A stretch of DNA of 58,525 nucleotides, the filler included, from Sluysia triapertura (Eukaryota), in the NCBI GenBank assembly GCA_046118255.1. It is 4 parts of 4 records of this genome, joined end to end, with 100 filler letters (N's around TTAATTAATTAA, not from the genome) between each part and the next. Parts side by side here need not be neighbours in the genome. Positions count along the whole stretch, not along the records: positions 46,161 to 58,525 come from JBJNIA010116085.1; 3 more parts are not named here. One strand, written 5' to 3'. The notes under the pieces are model-generated. The model saw nothing but the letters and a program-made list of their open reading frames with translations. It was not told the DNA's origin and made no database searches. A program made the translations under genes and the position numbers. Positions 49,771 through 58,525 of the stretch are shown here, piece after piece (the first letter of the stretch is position 1; every line of letters begins with the position of its first letter).

Positions 49771-52700
49771 AACCATATTCTTGTAGATGAATGTCTGAAA
49801 AAGTATTGACAACTACGACAATTTTTAAACGTTTGACTTGCTTATCTTGCCATGAGTGACATCCACTCTACTTCTATACTTCCTGCTTCCAAAAAGCTAT
49901 CAAGAACTTTTAGAGGTCCTTGTGTTAATTGTTTTACATTTTTAATTTCTAAAATTAAAATATCATCCTATGATATTAATTTTTATTTGCTGTTCCATAT
50001 CCAAAACACATTCCAAAATTTTAAAAACTTCAAGCCAAATTTTCACTTTCTTGGCTAGAACGTACAAGTTAAATTGTTTTTCGGCGGCCTTGCATCCAAT
50101 ATTCTTGTTATGGTAATTAAAATTTTACCTAATGTAAAAGTTGCTTTATCATAAAAGATACTAAGGTGAAAATTTTGATCTACAATTTTTGCTAACAGTT
50201 CTTATATTTACAAGAATCTGACTTTAACATACAAGAACAATGTAAATTCTTATGCTTATTTGTCTGCTACAAATTGAAAACATTTTTGATAGTGGCTTTT
50301 CTTAAATTAGAAAAACAGTGCAAAATTTTATGATTTAACATAAAAAAACGATTAAATCTATTATAAATGAAAAATAAATTGACAATCGTTAAGACACTGT
50401 ATAGAATGTAAATGTAAAAATAGCAACATAATATTAATAAAAAGTATTTTATATTTATAAAACTTTATTCATAAAATATTGTTAATTAAATTGCATGACT
50501 AAAATGTTTAATTCTGAGAATACTATATGATGCTTTGAGTATACATGAATGCGTGAAAAAGATAAATAAAATCAATTTAACTTGAGGTTGAAATATCAAA
50601 AATTTATAAACATTAAACTTCAATATTATGCTTGATTAAATAAATTTATAGTACAAAAGTTTAATTTGAATAAATAAAAATTACTAAAAACAAAATCTAA
50701 TTCAATATGACTTCTATAATTTATGATAAATCTTACGTTTATGAATGTTTATTATTTGTCTGTGAATAATAATAATAATAATAAAATTCTGCGAAATGAA
50801 TGATTGTGATTGTATGACTATAAACTATTGATAAAATTGCAGTGAGGATAAACTATTTAATGACTACATTACTTTACCGACTAAAACTCTAAAAAATGTT
50901 ATTAATAATAACAAATTTTATTTCTTATATTGACTTAAATTATTTTATTACGAATAACGATTAAAACCATTGTTTGGAAATACTATAACGCAACCAGAAT
51001 AATAAAACGCGCAATAAAAATTTTTATATAGAACTACTACAGAGTTAATTCAAAGAAAGAAAATAAGATATTGGTAAATTTTAGAAGTGATAATCAATCC
51101 TTATCAAATGATCACATCATTATATCCAACAGGAGATTGATAAATTATTGAACATTATAAGGTTATTTATTAGTTTTAGTCGGTGTTAAATTTATAATCT
51201 ATTTAAAATAATATTTTATTTTCACTTTTTATTTGAATGTTTCATAGAAATTTTATTTTTCTGTTACGACATGTAACAGTTACTTGTTCATTTATTTCCT
51301 GTCGCACTGAAAAATAAGTAAAGAGGGGGATTGAGGAGTAGAGCGTGACTAATAAAATATAAGATATAATAAATAAATTATAGTTATAATTAATAAAGTT
51401 TGAAAGTAGAAACTAAATAAATAAGATTTAATTGAATCTAAAAAGTAAATTTTGATTCAAATAAATAAGATGTGAAGGAATAAAGTGCACATAAATGAAG
51501 TCTTAAACAGAAAACTTTAAATCGTTATTTTATTTGTTAAGTACTTCCATCTCGAACAGTTGAGACGTTACCATATATAAATATTTGATAGACATGTAGA
51601 TCATTATCAAAATTCTTTGAATTTGATATTATATACCAAAAGGAATACACTAAAATATTAAGTAGAAGTCTTTATAACGAACAGCTGATAGAAAACAACT
51701 AATATTTGATAAGAGTATGTAACTTAAGAAAGTAGACGTTCATTAAAGCGCTTTATAATTAAAGAATTCGACAAAATAATTTGATTGAGCAGACAAATAC
51801 TGTTTTGGTAAATACAACTTAAAGCTCCCTGCATTACAGATAACACACTTAATTTTTAAAGAGAAAAGGTACTCAATAACATGATTCTTGTAAAGTAAAG
51901 CTGCATATGATAACTAATAATTTTTTGAACCATGCTTTGTTTATATATTGCACAGTTAAAATTGAACCGATAATTTCATATAAGAACCAATCTGTGCCAG
52001 TAGCATAGAATGGACTTCGCTGAAATTCATAAACAGAGAAAGAAAGTTACAGAGCAGGCGATGACTCGAAAAACTAGAAATGAAAAAAACAAATACAAAT
52101 AAATAACAAGATACGCAACGAATGTATATAAATATTACATATTGTAGAAAATTAATTAATATATAAATGAAATTGGTCATATATAATAATACGTAAGTTA
52201 AAATCTAGTATATGGTTTTAACTGTGAGAAATTGGCTGTATAGAATAATTTAACTGTAGAAAATTTGTAGAATTGAATAGAAAAATCTATTAACCAAGTG
52301 CAATATTGATGGCAAGCATTGAGTAAAACAGGTTTTTCTAGATATATTAACGCAATTTAGTTTAATACAGCTTTACGATTTGGATAAAAACAGTTTCTCG
52401 TCTAAACAGATTATTTGACAGCTCGATCATTAATTACTAAATTAAAATTACAAAGTAAGAATAAAATCGTTTCTGTTTACACGGATTTATTTTAATCAAT
52501 AAAAATATCTATAATCAAAGACAAGTTGAAAATGACTTCTGGGATACACAGATTAATTATAGTCCGATTTGATTGATAGAATTTATACTAAATAAAAATT
52601 ACTCATCGCATTGTAAAGTTAAACGTTCACAATATTTACGATAACCTGAATACTTAAGGCAAAATATCGAACCTTAGTATAGTTATGTTATTTTAAGTTA

Positions 52701-55479
52701 GAGTAGATAATTTTGTGCAATCAAGAAAAGGAATTATATAACTTTATAAGAACTAAAATTAGAGACCGAACATTTATGTAGAATTTGACAAACGTAAATC
52801 AAATTTAAAATGAGTTCCACATCGTGTAAAGAAAATACATATAATAACAATAATTATTATAAAACTGTTAGTTTAACACATTCTTCAGTATATTTAGTCT
52901 ATTTATTGGGTTTACCCAATTATAACTTTGGATTTTGACTAGAGATACTGTTTACTTATCTTTCACTAAAAACATAATAATTTAACACTATGAGATTATG
53001 AAATTATAATATAATTTTCAAATAAACCTAAAGTGTATCACAGTAATCTTAAAATAAAATTATTAATAAAAATATCTTAGTAACTCCAAAATCAAAAACC
53101 AATGAAAAACAAAAGTTGAATGAAGGCAACATAGACCTAAAAAACCAGCACTTAAAGCAAATCTAAAAGATTATGAATTAAATGATAGCATCGGAAGATG
53201 AAAGAACATAAATTTTTACTAAAATAGAAAATACAAGCCAACGTCTAACTGGAAAAGAAATGTATATTTGTAATATAATATTAAATTAAATATATAGAAG
53301 AAATTGGCTAAAATATAATTAAATTCATTAAAGCGAAAATTCTCATATTGTAAATGTAATATTATAAAATTACAGACTTGTATAGATGATATGTACAATG
53401 AAAATAAAATTATAGATATTAAAAATTAGATGGCTGAATATTATATATTTAATGTAGAGAAAAAGTAACTAAAGAAAACTACAATAAAAATCACTCTATA
53501 AGTAGAACAGAGAAAAAAATCCAAATTATTGTTTGATCTGAAAATTATTATTATTATCTGAAAATTATTATTAGTTTCCTTCAAGTATTAAAAGAAACTA
53601 TTTAATCCGAAATCTTATTATTTCCGTGAATATGTCGAAAGAACAATTGTAATCATCTAGAAATATAACCGTTTGATTCGAAAAATTACTGTTGCTCGTA
53701 AAAGAACTATTCTAATCAAAACTGTGTTACTTTTTAATCAATTAGCAGGTATACATTGAAAATTGTAATTAATCTAAATAATTAAATTCCTATTGAACTC
53801 AAACTTTGTATAGCTCAAATTATTTAATTTTTTCTGTTCATAGGTTCATTGTACTAATCATTTTTATTGTTACAAATAAAATTCATTTCGCGATTATTGT
53901 AAAATAAGATTTGAAAACATTTCCATCTCTTACACCAGAAACGAGTAACGACTCAAACATCTAGAGTAAATTCGTATTTAAGTTAGTAAAAGAGTATTAA
54001 AGAAAACTTAAATCATGATAACAAAAGGAAGAGAAGTAGCAAAGATACGAAAAACAAAATTAAAGCTATTGATAAAAAATAGTAGAATAAGCTAAATGGA
54101 ACAATTAACAAATTGAACTAAAATAATTGGACGTAATATAATCATGGTACAAAATAGTAAAAGACTGCCCAACAATGAATTCATTGCATTAAGTTAGCGA
54201 GTAAAACAAAAAAGAAAAATAACCCCAAAAATGAAATAATTTATATAATTATATAATTTTAAACAGTTTTTAAGTCATTGACATATTTACTTTTGAACAT
54301 TTCACAACTCATTCCATAATTTAGATATCTTAAATAAATTCAATGATTAATCCTTTTCGATATTTCGTAATTCAATTATGTTGATGTTTTTATCATCCAC
54401 ACTTTGAATATTTATACTTCGATACTCACATTTCATCATTTACACTAACTTCGATAATTGATAGGACTCTCTAAAATTAACTTAAAATAAATAGCTAAAT
54501 TATAAAATCTAAACTAAACTAACGATTTAATAAAATTTCGAATAAATGTAATCCAATTATTAACCAGTTTATAAGAATTTTACATCGTGTAATTCATAGC
54601 AATTATTTAATTTTTTGAAATTTTAGTATATAGAGACTCGGAATTTAAATTATGGAAAATACATTGTCATCCTTTCCACCAGAAGTAAGTTGAATTAACT
54701 TGTTTTAAAATTATACGATTTGTAAGTAACGAATCTATTGGCAATTCTCTAATATAAGCATTAATTACTTTTGACGTTTATATAAAAGCATAAAAGTATT
54801 TTAAAATACTAATAAACGAACTAATTATACAAAATATTGATAATTCAAGTTAAATTAATTTAACATTTAATTAAATATTTAATTATTTCTTAATATAAAT
54901 TACTAAAATAAAAGGAAATTTAACCTAATTCTTGTAACTGAAACGAAAAATACAACAAATGAATTTTACCACGAGGAATTAAATGGTGTTTTCTAAGGTA
55001 TTAACATTAATAGAAACTAAACAACCTAATTTTCTGTCTGACTTATGTAATGTAGTATATAATGATTTTCATTCTTATATCCAAAAAAGTACATTTCGAT
55101 ATAATTTGCAACTTAATGTTATTTTTATGTACTTCTTTAATGAATCTGAAAAATATGATATAAAATCTAAAATTAGAATAATGATAATATATTAATTTAC
55201 ATAGCTTTAATACTTACTAGATACTAGAGAGCACGTTTTCTTAAATATTTCTTAATCTTCAAATGATGTGACATTCTCTGATAGTTAATTGTATATTTTT
55301 GAAAAATAAACGCTGTACAATTTATCACGTATTATTGACACTTACATTACGTAAGCATTTGTAGATTACTGTCATGATTATGTATTCTATTGCTACTTTT
55401 AATGTAACAACTATAATTCTTTAAGATAATTTCTTTCTGCTAAATGATTCAATAAAAATTATAATTTTCACACTTTTCT

Positions 55480-55668
55480 TCATGGAATTGAGTACAATAT
55501 ATTAAAATTTATATTATTAGTAATAAGTGAATGAACAATTAACTTGGTAGTATCTTTATTAATAAATTTTCTAGTATTTGATGTCATTTTGTTATTTACA
55601 TTTTTTACAATACTACTAATATGTTCTTCTATATTCATTTTTGAATCCATATAGTATTCAAAACGCAA
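55480..55668 (-). mobile_element. L2/CR1-clade LINE ORF2 C-terminal remnant within the Scm intron
   Basis: MDSKMNIEEHISSIVK...RKFINKDTTKLIVHSLITNNINF.ILYSIP matches the post-RT consensus DSxLxMxxHIxxVxK...RxYLxxDTxKxLVHALIxSRLDYCNxLLxGLP. Confidence 0.75.
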
Positions 55669-56853
55669 ATAACATTTTAAAACTTAATAATCACTCAATT
55701 TTATAAAACTTCGTGAACGTTCTTAATGATGTTATTGTTTTATAAAAACGAACTATTATTGCTGCTTTAATAAATATGTAAACTAGCTTATTAAAGATAC
55801 TTATTTCTATTTATTCCGTTTATTTATTTATTTATTCCGTTTTAAACAATCATTTATTCATTATTGACATATTACTTAAGTGGATTTATTTCATAATTTT
55901 AAAATGATTCTTTAAGAATGAACATTTATGCATAAATTAAAAAAACTACCATTCGACTTGGCCGATACAGCCCAATGTAAGAAAATAAAAACTCAGATCT
56001 AATTAATTCTACAGTCTTTTTTTTACTGTACTGAGACATTAAATACATACTAAAATTGAAATTAAAAAATATTGCTTGTCGTTGTTCGACCTTTCTCAAA
56101 ATATGGACCAATCAAGATACGCGAATCGCTTTTGTATTTCATGATTTTTGCACAAATGTTCTGCAGTAATTTCGACAGTGAAACTATTTTTTCATAGTGA
56201 ATAATTCAGTCAATGCCAATTAAAATAAAAAATAACGCCAGAGCATTGAATTCAAATATATTGATTCTGCTTCAAAAAATTCACTTTAAGCATCAACTTG
56301 GCTTAAATTATTAGATAAACTTCAAATAATACGTTAAATCTTCAGCTGACAAGATATTTGTCAAAAAGCAGTCAACAAAAAATTAATACACCCGAATATT
56401 GTAGAAAGGTTCAGAAAACTTTTTGAAATTTGTAATTTTTTATTTTGCATATTAGTTCAATTTCAACATTCACTGAAGGTATACAAGAAAATTCTGAAAT
56501 TAATGAGTCAGATGAAGCCACTATTGACTCTAAAATTAGCTATTTTTTCTTGGCTATTTATTTTTCAATAAAATTTATTTTAACATCAATTTTTTAAAAA
56601 TTACATGGCGTGGATGCATGTTTGAAATTGCAACTGGATTAATTTGACCCGAATTTACTTATAAATATTAAAGTATGGTATGATTATGAAAAATTTTTAA
56701 AATTTAGTATTTTATGTTTGAAATATTGCGGAATATTTCTTAAAAAAATTTCATGATATTTTTCTTAATAAGGAAAACATGAATATGTTAAAATTTAACA
56801 TTTTTGTCTAAAAATATCAACTATTTTTCTAAGTTATTGAGCGATAAACTTAA

Positions 56854-57129
56854 CCGTTTGAGTCCGGCGAAGCGCGATAGCGCTTTTCTTGTTTTGTATC
56901 GAAAATGCGAAGATGTTGCTGTTGGTAAAAAAAGGAGTTCATTGAATTTGTGCAGCAAAACATTTTTGTAATAAATGAAAATAAAAAATATTTTTTTGAT
57001 CAAAATTACTTGTTACATAACAATTAGTGGTAATTATAACCATTTTCATTGTTTTCCCCCCAAAAATACTACTCATTTCATCCCGGACTTTTAGCATATG
57101 CATAAGAAAATTCTCCCGCACTCAAACGG
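56854..57129. mobile_element. 276-bp piggyBac-type MITE
   Basis: TTAA-CCGTTTGAGTCCGG ... CCGCACTCAAACGG-TTAA (13/14 TIR match, TTAA TSD). Confidence 0.85.
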
Positions 57130-57526
57130 TTAATATTGTGGAGTTCTGACAATTGTACTATATTGGAAAAATCATGTTTCGTTTTGGATCTAAGATTAAT
57201 TATTTATATTTAAATAATCAATCATTTAAATAATCTCTAATGTTTTTAAATACTTTGAGTTAAGCCCAAAATATTCGTGATATATAATTTTATCAATACT
57301 TCATTGGTGGCCAGGTTTAATATAAATATTGTTTCAAAAATGTTTCCATATTCTTATTTGAGTAATCATTTGAACACAATTATCATAAATCAATAAAACC
57401 ATAATTTGTTGCATATTAAATTATTTTTGCTACAGTGTATTTGTGACTAAGTTTTAACAATTTCGTTAAACGTTATCGATACAACAAACATACTTAGATT
57501 CTAACGTAACTTAAAAGAAAACTAAC

Positions 57527-57639
57527 ATGATTTTTAAATTCTGGTAATATACAATTAAGTGCGGGATTTTTGTGAAGAATGTAATTGCTCACATCTTCTA
57601 CAGACCAATCACATGGATTTGAAGGTAAATTATTAGCAG
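57527..57639 (-). CDS. Scm: Penultimate exon of the Scm-like gene (N-terminal half of the SAM domain)
   Basis: TTTATTTAG acceptor, ANNLPSNPCDWSVEDVSNYILHKNPALNCILPEFKNH, GTTAGT donor in phase 0. It joins in frame to EIDG at 48124. The W-to-H spacing and FxxH match Scm rather than Polyhomeotic. Confidence 0.88.
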
Positions 57640-58525
57640 CTAAATAAAAAACAAATTTATGATTATTTTTAAAGTAATATCACATTAACTTCAAAATAAC
57701 AACATCTTAAGGTGTGAATAAATTATTTACAAAGTCATGATGATTAATCTCTAAGATTATATTGATTGGATTAAAGCAATAAAAAATTATGTTCTGGGCG
57801 CTGAATTACCCTAAGGACAAGAAAAAATAAGAACAATCATATATGTTAGATTTAACAAATTTAATCACAAAACAAATGTCCAAAATGTTAAAAAAAATGC
57901 ATACTTGGAAATTTCCTGTCACGTTGTCCATTGTTCAGGTTACCAGAGTTAAGAGAATTCGTGCTTGAATGACATTGAATGGTTTTGTTTGGCACTTCAT
58001 AATGTTCGGATAATTATTACTTCAATTTAATTGTAATTCGATTTTGCGTATGTTGACCATGACCAGGGTTGAATTTTATTGATGATTGAGTACCACTTTA
58101 GCATATTTTAAAATTTGAAATGCCGACTGAGAAGTATCAAAATAGTCCTTGAGATCTAACATATAATTGTTTTCATTTGCTTTGATTTTTAAGTCATTAT
58201 AATGCGCCTTGAATTTAACATTGAGTTCGTCGTAATTTAGGTTCACTTTATTTTCTAGTCTGCATTGCCTTACATTAACTCTAGCACTGAGTTAGCAATT
58301 AAATCGTAGTATATGTTTACTTTAGTAATAAATCATAATATTGTGTGTTTATTTCGTCAGTTAAATCAACACATTCAAAGTTTAATTTAACATTCAAATC
58401 AGCATACATTAAACTTACTTTAGAAATCAAGTTCTCATAATTTACTTTGAGTTTTTCATTTAGTTCATTATACTATTCTTTAAAATTAGCATTTATATAA
58501 TCATAATGTACTTTCAATATATATA

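Noticed and set aside
49860-50100. Possible piggyBac transposase remnant (LYVLAKK/KFGLKF) on the minus strand
   Set aside because: It needs frameshifts and no catalytic Asp motif is recognisable.
51262-51420. TGTTACG-initiated, AATAAA-containing LTR-like stretch
   Set aside because: No second copy, defined CA end, PBS or TSD.

Overview
This is very AT-rich eukaryotic DNA, almost certainly from an animal. It consists of four contigs joined by artificial 100-bp N/TTAATTAATTAA/N linkers (10934-11033, 33479-33578, 46061-46160). Recognisable host genes are an intronless, divergent G-protein beta subunit (16169-17269, -), the 3' end of a Polycomb Scm-type gene whose SAM domain is split by a ~9.4 kb intron (57527-57639 + 47999-48124, -), one glutamate dehydrogenase exon (43753-43839, -), and a probable short-intron gene facing away from G-beta. 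Most of the rest is decayed mobile DNA: internally deleted Ty3/Gypsy elements, a plant-type DD39D mariner, Tc1 and L2/CR1 remnants, TA- and TTAA-targeting MITEs, and tRNA-Ala-derived pseudogenes. The most interesting signal is a family of four Gypsy-derived copies sharing a ~1 kb G-poor leader with an (ATT)n tract and pre-miRNA-sized hairpins. In three copies there is a hairpin pair, and the stems show compensatory substitutions between copies. Two copies carry different host-gene fragments in the gag position: a PRIM1 primase catalytic motif in one and an Unkempt-type CCCH finger in the other. All homology calls come from motif recognition by eye, without database searches.
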